Positions 1-9,738 of a DNA stretch of 26,077 nt are shown here, piece after piece. The stretch's first letter is position 1. The number at the start of each line of letters is the position of its first letter. Under the pieces are notes generated by a model, which saw only the letters and a list, made by a program, of their open reading frames with translations, ran no database searches and was not told where the DNA came from. Position numbers and translations under genes: made by a program. Origin of the DNA: Planctomycetes bacterium RBG_13_46_10 (lineage in GTDB: Bacteria > Planctomycetota > Phycisphaerae > Sedimentisphaerales > Anaerobacaceae); contig MHYD01000065.1 in the NCBI GenBank assembly GCA_001824645.1, positions 8,645 through 34,721 on the forward strand, written 5' to 3'.

Positions 1-48
1 TGTTCAAGAAAAGACTGTTATTCGATTTAATATAGGCTTTCGCGACAG

Positions 49-267
49 TTATTCTACTGCTCTTTTAAGCCACGCTTCCCGCCAATAGTGGAAGCACGAC
101 CTATCACATCCATAGAATTCCGAGCCTTTGCACATCACACCTTCAAGCAAAACAGTGTTTTTCATTTTTCTAAGTTTGCCATTACTCTCGAGCAGTATCG
201 TTTCGACTCTCCTGAAAACACTGTATGTTTTGCCACAGTAATCTTTCATCACACGCATCCACAACAT
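49..267 (-). pseudogene. 5'-truncated paralog of the Cys-rich EPS-cluster hypothetical protein at 2063-2641
   Basis: Manual alignment with 2063..2641 gives about 38/70 identities (LWM..M...CG, KNTVLL.GVMC, C.RSCFH.WREAWL.RA). An in-frame TAA lies 5 codons upstream of the ATG, and the N-terminal LxPGExVxVKSxEEI..TLD segment of the paralog is missing. Confidence 0.65.
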
Positions 268-344
268 TTCATATCCGGATTACTTAGGAATGTTGTCCGA
301 CTCCTCGATATCACCTCGTTTTATTGGGCATCCTAATCACTAGT

Positions 345-421
345 CCTTTGCTCGGCCAGCTTCGCTAATTCATGCATCGTAAAGATATGAAATCAAACTC
401 TTTGAGCAATCATTGGAGCTT
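345..421 (-). pseudogene. Degenerate second copy of the 3' end of the polysaccharide deacetylase gene
   Basis: Minus strand reads KLQ*LLKEFDFI, then after a frameshift HELAKLAEQR. The intact gene reads KLQWLLKECDFV..CELANLTQQG (about 499-570). The first 36 nt match at 29 positions. Confidence 0.75.
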
Positions 422-441
422 GACTAACTTATGAACTCTGA

Positions 442-1332
442 TTATCGTAAAATTTTCAAACGAGGCAACATGAACGGTAAGGATAATTGTTTCTGATCAC
501 CTTGCTGGGTCAGATTTGCTAACTCGCATATAGGTACGAAGTCGCACTCTTTGAGCAGCCACTGGAGCTTCGGTAATGTGCTTTTAAGATTTACATAACA
601 TCTGAATCTTCGGATCGGGCTCAGCGGTAAACGCGGCTGATCCGGATCAAGTTCGCGGGGATGTATATAAACAATCAGTGGATAGCCTGCCTGATGGAGT
701 CTTTTTATGCCCCATTGAATAAGTCGTAGTGGAGAAAGTCTGAGATATCCTCCTCCAAAAAAGTACAATCTCAATCCAAGAACTTTAGTCGCCGCAACAG
801 GAACCTCAATGAGCGGCCCGGTTTCTGTTTGAATCATATGGGTCCCGACCGAAGTTGCAAACATGGAATTGTGTGCCCGAAAGCCCGGAAAAACACTTGA
901 ATCGTACTCGTATCCAACTTCTTTTATTATGTCAAAAGTCCAACTTGTACTCTTACTGATTCCGAATCCTGCAACTCGAAATCCGAGAACTTGTTTGCCA
1001 GTAATATCTTCTAAAGTTTTCTTTGCACGATCAATGTCATCTTTGAAAAGCTCGGCCCCAACCTTGTCAGGTAAAACATGATGGTAGCCATGGCTTGCAA
1101 TCTCATGTCCCGCATCGGAACATTCCCTCAATAGCGACTTATTTCTGTCGCCTATCCAGCCGAGCCAGAAAAATGTTGCTCGGACGTTTGCAGTATCGAG
1201 CATCTCAAGCAGGAGTCTGAGGTTTGTCTCCACGCGAGACTCCAGGGAATCCCACAGCATAACTTCGGGAGTTGCAGGGCTGTTCAGGATATGATACCAG
1301 TCCTCAACATCGATAGAAAACGCATTGAGCAT
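442..1332 (-). CDS. Polysaccharide deacetylase, XrtA/PEP-CTERM-system-associated type (NodB/CE4 domain plus DUF3473-like C-terminus)
   Basis: Motifs NAFSIDVEDWY, ATFFWLG, HEIASHGYHH, YDSS, GGGYLRL and YIHPRELDPDQP; full length at 296 aa. Confidence 0.9.
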   Translation of the reverse strand: MLNAFSIDVEDWYHILNSPATPEVMLWDSLESRVETNLRLLLEMLDTANVRATFFWLGWIGDRNKSLLRECSDAGHEIASHGYHHVLPDKVGAELFKDDIDRAKKTLEDITGKQVLGFRVAGFGISKSTSWTFDIIKEVGYEYDSSVFPGFRAHNSMFATSVGTHMIQTETGPLIEVPVAATKVLGLRLYFFGGGYLRLSPLRLIQWGIKRLHQAGYPLIVYIHPRELDPDQPRLPLSPIRRFRCYVNLKSTLPKLQWLLKECDFVPICELANLTQQGDQKQLSLPFMLPRLKILR

Positions 1333-1354
1333 AATGACCTCTCAGGGCCGTACC

Positions 1355-2059
1355 TCAGCGAGTGAAGGCACAACCGTTTAAAGCATAAGAAAATAACGCC
1401 GCCGCAACTTTACCGTTTGAATGAGCTAAAAATATCCTGCTGTTATTTGAAAAAGTATCCAGAATTGCGCCGAACAGCTTACGGGAATAACATGGTGTCC
1501 CAAGCTCTCGCATGCGGGTGGTCCACAGACGATAAAAGTCATCTAACAGCTCATACTGACCATTAGTAACAGTAATGCCGGATTTTTCCGCCTGCCGGAT
1601 GCGGTTTCTGATTTGTGGTCTTAAACCTTTCCAAACCTCCCCGGAATCGCAAGCCAAAGGCAGATGCATACAAACCTTGTCCGTTCGCAAATACATCTCA
1701 TAAGGCATGGCTGCGGTGTTTCTAAATTCAATTGTCTCACAATCATTACTGTTGGCAAGTTCAATAGCATGCTCATATAGCGCATCGCGAGCGGTAGAGT
1801 TCCGTACAAGCGGACCGCCGTAATCACAGAACGGCTGTGACACGAAACGATTGCCAAACAACTTACTGCGTATATGAGTCAAAGGAAGAACGCCGCAGAT
1901 ACTACCATTTTCATGAGCTACGAGATAATGCCCTCTGTGCCCGAAAATGCGCTCTATCATCACAGTCCATTCAGGAAGATGGCATAGTTTTGCTTGCGCA
2001 ATCCCACGAACAAAATCGTCACAGCGTACGTCGGGAGAATCGAGAACGGAAACGTTCAT
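1355..2059 (-). pseudogene. FemAB-like (GNAT-fold) protein, PEP-CTERM/EPS-associated type, C-terminally truncated
   Basis: Motifs GVLPL..IRSKLFGNRFVSQPFCDYGGPL, IRNRIRQAEKSG and MRELGTP. It is only 234 aa and stops at FTR-TGA. Family members are usually about 340 aa (general knowledge), and the deacetylase starts 22 nt later. Confidence 0.7.
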
Positions 2060-2062
2060 AGA

Positions 2063-2641
2063 TTATGCCTTATCGGTATCGGGTATGGCGTCTGAATCAT
2101 GAGGGGATTGGTCTTCTGTGGCTCTACGGAGCCATGCTTCCCTCCAGAAATGAAAGCACGATCTGTTACAGCTATAGAGATCCTCGCACATCACACCATC
2201 AAGGAGTACCGTGTTTTTGATGTTCCTGATTTCTCCTGTGCTTTCAATCATGATACGCTTGAGCCTTTTGTAGACTCTGAACTTCCTTCCACAGAACTTC
2301 TGCATCGTTGGCATCCAAAGCAATCCCCTATTCAATCCGTTCTCGTCAAGAGTTGCAGATATCTCCTCGTAGCTCTTCACCTGAACCAGTTCTCCCGGTT
2401 GAAGATTCAGGATATCTATATATGCGGCAGGCGCTTTTGCCTTGGAGTTACGGGATTTGTTTTTCGTACTTATCCCAAGCTTTTCTCTCATCTTGCGCAG
2501 TGTCAGGTCCAGGGCTCTCATCAGCCCTTTTCTTCTCAGGTGCCAGAAGAACTTATATACGCAGCTAAAATTCGGCGTCGGTATTGAGCTGGACACTAAA
2601 TCCTCAAGTAGCCCATGACATTTTTTATCACTATCAAGCAC
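2063..2641 (-). CDS. Cys-rich hypothetical protein of EPS clusters
   Basis: 192-aa ORF with LNLQPGELVQVKSYEEI..TLD..G.NRGL, FCG, VMC...SCNRSC and WREAWLRR; a paralog lies at 49-267. Confidence 0.8.
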   Translation of the reverse strand: MLDSDKKCHGLLEDLVSSSIPTPNFSCVYKFFWHLRRKGLMRALDLTLRKMREKLGISTKNKSRNSKAKAPAAYIDILNLQPGELVQVKSYEEISATLDENGLNRGLLWMPTMQKFCGRKFRVYKRLKRIMIESTGEIRNIKNTVLLDGVMCEDLYSCNRSCFHFWREAWLRRATEDQSPHDSDAIPDTDKA

Positions 2642-2714
2642 TCAACCAGCCCTCTAAATATGTCTATTGACTTTCCACCGCAGCTTTTAGCTTATATGAT
2701 CTTTGGCGAGGATT

Positions 2715-3494
2715 TCACAGCCATTTATTCGATTTTCGCTTTATGCAAAAACCAGACACCTTAACCGCAAAGAGAAATGTCCCCCAAAGCTTATGTGCAG
2801 CTCTGCGAGGCCTGTATATTAAGCCATGAAACCACTCAAGTCCATGTTCCTGAATCCAGTAAGGTGCCCACCTGGCATTGCCGGAATGATAGTCAAATGC
2901 CGCTCCAACACCGATCATCGCTGTTGCCGTAAGTCGCCCGATATGTTCTGACATCCATATTTCCTGTTTAGGTGCACCCAAACCAACCCACACAATATCC
3001 GGTTTTGTCGAGTTAATCTTTTCTACTATGCGATTATCTTCTTCCTCAAGAAGTGGTCTGAAGGGAGGGCAATATGTTCCGGCAACCTCAAGGCCGGGGT
3101 ACATCTCTGATATCCGTTCTGCTAGTTTATCAGCAACACCCTCGGCGCCCCCATAGAAGTAATGACGATATCCATATTGGCGCCCCCATTCGCAAAGTTT
3201 CAGCATTAGAATCGGTCCCGCCACCCGGCCATGGTGCGGATAGCCCAAAAGAGACGCCGCCAATACAATCCCTACCCCATCAGGTAGGATCATACTTGCC
3301 ATCTCTGTGGCCTTCCGCATTTTTGTATCATGGCTGCACATCATAACACTGTTCGGGTTGGTAATGGCGATGTAATGCCGCTTATAATGTTGTCGCCATC
3401 GCTCAATTGTTTCCAGCACAACATCGAAGGAAATCAAATCGAATCTGACACCAAGAATATCAAAACATCTGGCTCGAACAGCTTTATCTTTCAC
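2715..3494 (-). CDS. WecB/TagA/CpsF-family (GT26, WecG-like) glycosyltransferase
   Basis: Motifs TNPNSV, PDGVGIV, RVAGP, YFYGG, PPFR, PDIVWVGLGAPKQE, GVGAAFD and RAP-like RWAP...GLEW. GTG at 3494 is preferred over the track start 3572, which would overlap the upstream gene by 89 nt. Confidence 0.88.
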   Translation of the reverse strand: MKDKAVRARCFDILGVRFDLISFDVVLETIERWRQHYKRHYIAITNPNSVMMCSHDTKMRKATEMASMILPDGVGIVLAASLLGYPHHGRVAGPILMLKLCEWGRQYGYRHYFYGGAEGVADKLAERISEMYPGLEVAGTYCPPFRPLLEEEDNRIVEKINSTKPDIVWVGLGAPKQEIWMSEHIGRLTATAMIGVGAAFDYHSGNARWAPYWIQEHGLEWFHGLIYRPRRAAHKLWGTFLFAVKVSGFCIKRKSNKWL

Positions 3495-4707
3495 GAAGAA
3501 ATGCCTTTTCTGAAGATGCAGCCAAAAAACCTGAATTTGCGCCTCCTGGCCCCAGTTCAATAGCCTTTTCATAAACAGCCATCAAACGCTCGTAATATTT
3601 TTCGGGTGAATATTCCCGCAAAGCTTTTTCTCGTCCTGACTGGCCCATCTTGCGACACAAATCTGGCCTGTTCCAAAGATAACGCACTTTTTCAGCCAAG
3701 TCCTCAGAATTACCCGGCTCAAATAACAGCCCTGTGACTCCATCTTCAACGATCTCAGGCAGACCACCAATGCGGGAACAGATCACAGGCTTACCATGTA
3801 ACATCGCCTCGATCAGTACCGTTGGAAATCCCTCATAACAAATACTGCATAACACTATGATCCGGCTTCCCTCGTAAAATGCCTCCAATTCTCTACCATT
3901 TATGTAACCGTAGAACTTAAAATTCACAGGTGCTTCGCCAAGTAAATGCGGCATTCGCTCATAAGAACCAGCGACCTTAAATTGAATATTCTTGAATTTC
4001 TCCGCAGCTTTGATAAGAGTCGGCAAATCCTTCTCCGGGCTGACACGGCCAATGAAGACAACGTATTCTCCTAAACGATATGATTCTTTTTTATGGGCGA
4101 CAGAAACCATATTGGGTATGACAGTGATACGTTCTGGTGGAATACCTTCGGAAATTAGTTTGTTACGCTGGAATTCTGTCAGGACGACAAATTTAGTTAC
4201 ATTGTCTGTAAATAAACGAAATTTCCTTGCAGTATAAGTGCGTAACGCGTAGCCGAGGCTCTTAAATAAGCTACCTTCACAATTGCGAAGAATACACCAG
4301 TATTCTTTCCCAACTCTGCACTTTTCGCAGACCTGGCCATTAACCATGTGCAAACCATTGGGACAAACCAATCGATAGTTGTGTACAGTCATTACGACAG
4401 GAACGCCAGCTCTTCGACACTCACCGAGAACAGACGGCGATATCAGAGGAAAGACGTTATGAACATGAACAATAACCGGTCTGTATTGGACTAAGAGTTT
4501 CCTCATAGCCTTTTTCGACGAAAAGCTGTATATGCCGCTAAAAAAGGCCCAGATTTTGCCAAAACGCATCTTGAGAATTTCTGCACTGCTGCGTGTGAAT
4601 TGTAGCACTTCGTGCCCCTGTTCCACAAGGATCCGTGATGTGCTCTCTACAACGGCTTCCTCACCGCTAAAATTGCCGTACACATTGTGAATAAGTACTA
4701 TTTTCAT
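3484..4707 (-). CDS. Glycosyltransferase family 4
   Basis: Motifs SGEE..V, VHVHNVFPLISPS, TVHNYRLVCP, FIGRVSPEK, EGFPTVLIEAMLHGKPVI and GGLPEIVEDGVTG; ATGA overlap with the upstream gene. Confidence 0.92.
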   Translation of the reverse strand: MKIVLIHNVYGNFSGEEAVVESTSRILVEQGHEVLQFTRSSAEILKMRFGKIWAFFSGIYSFSSKKAMRKLLVQYRPVIVHVHNVFPLISPSVLGECRRAGVPVVMTVHNYRLVCPNGLHMVNGQVCEKCRVGKEYWCILRNCEGSLFKSLGYALRTYTARKFRLFTDNVTKFVVLTEFQRNKLISEGIPPERITVIPNMVSVAHKKESYRLGEYVVFIGRVSPEKDLPTLIKAAEKFKNIQFKVAGSYERMPHLLGEAPVNFKFYGYINGRELEAFYEGSRIIVLCSICYEGFPTVLIEAMLHGKPVICSRIGGLPEIVEDGVTGLLFEPGNSEDLAEKVRYLWNRPDLCRKMGQSGREKALREYSPEKYYERLMAVYEKAIELGPGGANSGFLAASSEKAFLRER

Positions 4708-5873
4708 GCAAGAGGTTTCCAGAACTTGCCTAAATCTATAGCTAAATTTTTCAGAGTGTATTTATCGGCTATGCCCAATGAAACCTTATCTGCTTCTTTA
4801 AGGGCCAATGCACTATTCATAGCCTCGGCAAACTGCTTTGGGTCGCGCCCATCAATAACGAAGCCGTTTGCACCCTCAACAATCATATCTCGCGCACCAC
4901 TTACAGCCGTAGAGACAATCGGTTTCCCGCAGGCCAACGCCTCAAGCATAGCTACGGACCACCCTTCCTTGAGTGAGCCTACTACATACAAATCAGATGC
5001 GTTAAGATACTTTACTACCGAATCAGCACCTACGAATCCCGTAACAATTATTGAGCTTTCAATTCCTAACTCTTGTGCCTTATCATTCAGCTTTTGACGG
5101 TCCTCACCGTCACCGACAAAAATAAGTTTTGTATAAGGGTTTGATCGCTTTACCACTTTGAACGCTTCCAGAAGAAAATCCCAGCCTTTGACAAGATTCA
5201 ATCGCCCACAGGATACAATAATGTTATCAGTTTGAACAATTCCAAGTTCAGCACGAACGACATTTTTATCCAACGGTTTGAAGACATCAGTATCAACACG
5301 GGTCGGGAACTTGATCACCCTTTCACTATACAATTCCCCGCAGCTTTTATCAACTAAATCGGCAATCGCCTCATCATCTGCACTTGCCAGGATTGTATCA
5401 ACATTCCTTAGAGTAGAGAAAAGCTTCTTTTCGTATAGCCCGGCAAACATTTTCCCCCACCCGTATCGTGGCATCTGAAGCGGATTTTCAACTCCGGGGA
5501 AACAGTAACAAATACTTCTCCATCCCCATGTATGGACAGCAATAAGTATTTCAGGCGATTGAATAAAAACACATTTAATCCCTTTAGATAAAATCTGTTT
5601 ATTGAATTTTCTTACCGCCAAGTAACCCGTAATTCTAGCTGGTATTGAAGGCTTTTTTCCCCTAACTTGCCTGTGAGCAAAAGCAAAATAATCATAATCA
5701 ATGCCATCAATGTCTTTCTTAATCCATTTGCCGACAGGCGTGTCATCTGTAGAAACACCAACCAAGGCAAGGCGATTTCCAAAAGCCATCATCATCTGTC
5801 GAGCGAATGATAATTGCCCACCTATAGGAAACGAAACAAAATCGCATGATTCAATTAAGAGAGCATTAACCAT
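4704..5873 (-). CDS. Glycosyltransferase family 4
   Basis: Motifs CGRLNLVKG, VGDGED, EGWSVAMLEALACGKPIVST and GANGF. Confidence 0.92.
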   Translation of the reverse strand: MVNALLIESCDFVSFPIGGQLSFARQMMMAFGNRLALVGVSTDDTPVGKWIKKDIDGIDYDYFAFAHRQVRGKKPSIPARITGYLAVRKFNKQILSKGIKCVFIQSPEILIAVHTWGWRSICYCFPGVENPLQMPRYGWGKMFAGLYEKKLFSTLRNVDTILASADDEAIADLVDKSCGELYSERVIKFPTRVDTDVFKPLDKNVVRAELGIVQTDNIIVSCGRLNLVKGWDFLLEAFKVVKRSNPYTKLIFVGDGEDRQKLNDKAQELGIESSIIVTGFVGADSVVKYLNASDLYVVGSLKEGWSVAMLEALACGKPIVSTAVSGARDMIVEGANGFVIDGRDPKQFAEAMNSALALKEADKVSLGIADKYTLKNLAIDLGKFWKPLA

Positions 5874-5958
5874 TGCGAAATTACTCTACAAATGATTGCG
5901 TGCATGTTATCGGATACGTCACAATCTAATGTAGTCTATATATTCCTTCCATATTGCA

Positions 5959-6780
5959 TTACCTATGATCTTGCCCAATCACTTTACATCTCTCCGGCCA
6001 ATTCCATAGATAAATGCTTTCCACATCACATTTTCTATATTTTGGAAGTAGCTTCATCACCCCGTTCCAAGCAAGCGCGAAGCTATGCAAGAGGTATTTT
6101 GTGATGCCCGTGCTATATATATTGGCCGGAAGCAGCGGCCCCCCTTCGCTCCCAACTGTAATCTTAGACAAACCTACCTGCTGGAGGATTCTCCTCATCG
6201 CTGTTTATGTCATTATTGCGAAATTGTGAGTCTGTAGAATCTCCGGAACAGTCAACTTAATCCACGTGTGCACTATCGGGACCGCGAAATTGGGCACTGT
6301 AACGAGAACGATTCCACCAGGAGCCAAAAAACGACAGTGGCAATGAAGTACTTCAATCGGATCTTGAAAATGTTCTAAGAGTCCGAAAGAAACAATCATC
6401 TGATAGATTGGAGGTAATTCGATTGTTCGTATGTCTCCATGGTAAACAGTGGCAGGAATTCGTTTTGCTTTGAGTCGCGCTCGGCACATTTCGATACCAT
6501 CTATCGAAAAATCGATCCCATGGAGACGATGCTGCGGCCGAAGTCGATAAATCCTCTCCAGCATTGTTCCAGGAGCACAACCCAGTTCCAGAACATCTAT
6601 AGAATCTCTCTTGCCCAAAGCATCAAGTTGACGGCACAGAAAACGATTCAGCTTCCACTGCCATTTATGGCGTATCCATGCCATCACACTATCGCTTCGT
6701 GGAAGCATCGACCAGACCGTGTCCCAGTGATCGGGATCTGTTAAATCACCTTTATGGTATTTTGGCTCTTGCTCAACCAT
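5959..6780 (-). pseudogene. Class I SAM-dependent methyltransferase interrupted by an in-frame TAA at 6205-6207
   Basis: Motif I VLELGCAPG, HGIDFS, and SFGLLEHF..P..VL. Track ORFs 6205..6780 and 5959..6198 share a frame (ATG ACA TAA ACA GCG ATG AGG). Confidence 0.7.
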
Positions 6781-7023
6781 CGTACAAATATCTAACGCAT
6801 TGTGCGAGTTTCTTATCGCAATCTTTGTTTTTAGTTCAAGAACAAGGTTTAAATTTCATTTGCTGGCCAAAATACTAAAAATCAGCCTCCTTTTCAGAAC
6901 AAAAACGCTGTTTCCAAAAACTTGCACAACGCGTAAATATCTAACCAATTACAAACTGCTGTAATCCAGATTTAAACTAATATTCTCATAGAGCAAAGTT
7001 TTACCGGGTGTAAGACTTGTATC

Positions 7024-8295
7024 TTAATAAATGCGCTTTTGCCGCACATCCAATACGGAAAGAGATCCAATTTTAACTTGCGGAATTAAGGCAGAGGTCT
7101 GTGCCAGAATACCATATGAACAACCGGCAATAACACAAAACATTATGTTCTTAGGAACAAATGTTCCTCCACCAGAAAGCAGTGTTATAATAAAAAGGAC
7201 TATCGAAGCGCAAAGCAGAGAATAGAACTCCTCTCTGTTAGAGTAAAATCGCGCGCACTGCCGTAAGAGCACAACGTAGAAAGAGCACAGAAAAGCCAGG
7301 CCAAACATACCGTAATTCAACAGGATATCTAGGAATTCCAAATGTGTCCCCATGGCTACACCAAATAGGCTCTCTGTCTTGTCGTAAAACAGACCTGGCT
7401 CACCAAGCATCTTCTGTGGCACACTGGAATTACAAAACATATTCCAACCGAGTGAAATCAAGGTTACACGACCAGAACCACCTACATCTGTGACTCGTTC
7501 CCGCATCGCTGCACCCCATGGCGTGAGATTGAGGAATACAGCTACGGTGAGTATCAGAACAGTCACAGAGACTATTGGCTGGCATGCCAGGACCCTACGA
7601 TCTCTGAAATCGACCAACACAGCGGCGCTGAAAGCGACCAAGGTTGCTAAAAACGATGTTCTGCGAAGAGTGCAGATACTCAGTAACGTAGCGGTTAAGA
7701 AAATAACAATTCTGCCTCTATGCAACACATCATAAACAAAGACGGTCGAAGCCATTGTCAACATCTCGGATATCCCAGCAACGGCTCCACGACTTCCTCC
7801 AAGAACATATGTCGTACCATATTCTGCAGATGTGCCACCCTGGACAAAGTAATAATACACTTGGATTATGCCCGTCGTGAGAATGACAATGACTGCTCTG
7901 CGTTTGATCCAGGTAATGTCGATCATGTTAGTACGGGCCAATGTGACGGATACGACATACGCAAACAGGAAATAACTCATATGGCCTAGAGATATTAACG
8001 GATATGTGCGAAATATCACTGTGCTCGATGCCAGGATATATACCATATAAAAAGTGATGATTTTCGCCGGGGTGTTAAAGGCAGATAACAATTGTGTTGA
8101 ATTCAAGCCCAGTGCCAACAATATGCCAATCGCAAGCAGAATGCCTTTTATCAACTGCAATGACAATAATCCAGAGGTCGTTTTGTCAACCGATAAAGCA
8201 TCAATCACTGGTGTGAGGACAATACACACTGATAGCCACGTACGAATAAACTTGCCTCTATGCCGGTCTTTCCTTTCCACAATTGCCGAAACCAT
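7024..8295 (-). CDS. wzy: O-antigen polymerase/ligase family membrane protein (probable Wzy)
   Basis: About 10 hydrophobic segments; TLRRTSFLA, GSGR..LISLGW and HLEFLDILLNYGMFG resemble Wzy_C; located among the glycosyltransferases. Confidence 0.7.
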   Translation of the reverse strand: MVSAIVERKDRHRGKFIRTWLSVCIVLTPVIDALSVDKTTSGLLSLQLIKGILLAIGILLALGLNSTQLLSAFNTPAKIITFYMVYILASSTVIFRTYPLISLGHMSYFLFAYVVSVTLARTNMIDITWIKRRAVIVILTTGIIQVYYYFVQGGTSAEYGTTYVLGGSRGAVAGISEMLTMASTVFVYDVLHRGRIVIFLTATLLSICTLRRTSFLATLVAFSAAVLVDFRDRRVLACQPIVSVTVLILTVAVFLNLTPWGAAMRERVTDVGGSGRVTLISLGWNMFCNSSVPQKMLGEPGLFYDKTESLFGVAMGTHLEFLDILLNYGMFGLAFLCSFYVVLLRQCARFYSNREEFYSLLCASIVLFIITLLSGGGTFVPKNIMFCVIAGCSYGILAQTSALIPQVKIGSLSVLDVRQKRIY

Positions 8296-8440
8296 TACGA
8301 CTTGATCCTCACAAAGACCTGCCGAATTAACGATTCGATATTAACGGAGTCAAAAAACGAAGAACGCTGGTTTGGTAGGATATAATACTCCCTATCAAAA
8401 ACACTGCCGGATCACCATATTTCGATAGTACAGGTGTCGA

Positions 8441-9676
8441 TCAATGTTCATAACTATTTCTTGTTGTAGAACGGCCGAGTACTGTCTCGAAGACCTGTAT
8501 GTACCTCCCCGCCACGAACCGAGCGCTGAATTCGTCTTGAAGCTCGGTAGACCCCTCACCTCGGAAGATGTCATCCTTGGCATGCGTTCCAAAAAGGATC
8601 CGGAGCCCAGCAGCAATCTCCTTTGCGTTGTGGGAAACAGCCATGCCTGGACTGTAGCGCTTCATATAGTCTCGCACCGCACTGATATGTGGTGTGATGG
8701 CGAGAATCGGTAGTCCCGTCATCACATAGTCTCCAAACTTACTTGGCAGAAAGACGCTGCGTAACATCGCTGCTTCAAGCAACAGTAAGCACCCTGCATT
8801 ACGTGCATATTCCTCTGCAGCATGAGGATTCATATGGCCTGCAAAATGGATACAGTCCTCCAGTCCTGCAGCATGCACCATTTCTCTGAATTCGGGACAC
8901 ACATCGCCAATACAAAGGAGTCCCGGAAAACGATAGTCACGTTCGTTTTTGAGAAAATTAATGCCTTCCAGTAGGGCAGATGAGCAACGTTGGCGGGCAA
9001 TTCCTCCAACATGAATCAACCATCCGCTATATTCATGTTCTATCGCCATCGGTTTCAAGTTTGATATAGTTCCGATGTGTGGAATTGCCACAGTTTTACC
9101 TGCTATTTGTACTCCAAGCTCCGATTCGAAAATCCCCACCATGTATGGACTGGGAAGAATGATGGCATTTGCTTGACTCAGAATCAACCTTGCCTTACCT
9201 CTATCATAAGCATCTATCAGAGCATTTCGGCAATATCTGTAGGGTGTTGGAGAGATGCATGCTGGACAAGGATCGCTGAAATATGCAACCCATTTCACAT
9301 CGCGTTTTTTCCCAAGATCAAGGACAACTTGATGGGACTCAATAGGCGAAGAAACTGACATTATTATATTAGGGCGAAATTCCTCTATCGAGCGCTTTAC
9401 CTCTCGCACACAATTTCTTATCCAGTGCCGATGATATAATAAATTTCGTGCCTTTGATATTAGGGCACCCGTTTTGCCAGAATGTGCAATTTCCTGATAT
9501 GGTATGTACTTTATCCCCGACATATGCGGTCGTTCATCGCTATCTTTGATACCTGCTATCACCCGCACATCAACACCGGCATCGGCAATGGCTTCCGCCA
9601 CCTTACCGCTCTGCAGGGCTTGTGCTGAATTATTCGGAGGGAAAGATTTGGAGATAATCAATAGACTTAGCCCCAT
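8441..9676 (-). CDS. Glycosyltransferase family 4-like
   Basis: N-terminal LLIISKSFPP, YFSDP and LPSKFGDYVMTGLPILA, typical of GT-B/GT4 enzymes. Confidence 0.82.
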   Translation of the reverse strand: MGLSLLIISKSFPPNNSAQALQSGKVAEAIADAGVDVRVIAGIKDSDERPHMSGIKYIPYQEIAHSGKTGALISKARNLLYHRHWIRNCVREVKRSIEEFRPNIIMSVSSPIESHQVVLDLGKKRDVKWVAYFSDPCPACISPTPYRYCRNALIDAYDRGKARLILSQANAIILPSPYMVGIFESELGVQIAGKTVAIPHIGTISNLKPMAIEHEYSGWLIHVGGIARQRCSSALLEGINFLKNERDYRFPGLLCIGDVCPEFREMVHAAGLEDCIHFAGHMNPHAAEEYARNAGCLLLLEAAMLRSVFLPSKFGDYVMTGLPILAITPHISAVRDYMKRYSPGMAVSHNAKEIAAGLRILFGTHAKDDIFRGEGSTELQDEFSARFVAGRYIQVFETVLGRSTTRNSYEH

Positions 9677-9738
9677 ATTTACTCACTCCATGCGATAGGT
9701 TGTTTTCGCATCACGTCGCCCGATTGTATCATATATCC

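Noticed and set aside
410-1357. TGA at two plausible Trp positions suggesting UGA recoding
   Set aside because: Trp is encoded by TGG throughout and intact genes (e.g. wzx-methyltransferase, wecG-like) end in TGA; TGG-to-TGA is an ordinary transition.
2680-2693. Two heptamer-like units (gcagctt ttagctt)
   Set aside because: Only two units and no partner arm; it may be a remnant but is not distinguishable from chance.
3495-3572. N-terminal 26 aa of the WecG-like ORF given by the track
   Set aside because: It overlaps the upstream GT4 by 89 nt; GTG at 3494 gives a normal short overlap.
6786-6945. 11-nt direct repeat aaatatctaac at 6786 and 6935 as a target-site duplication
   Set aside because: AT-rich, short, with no element features between the copies; chance is plausible.
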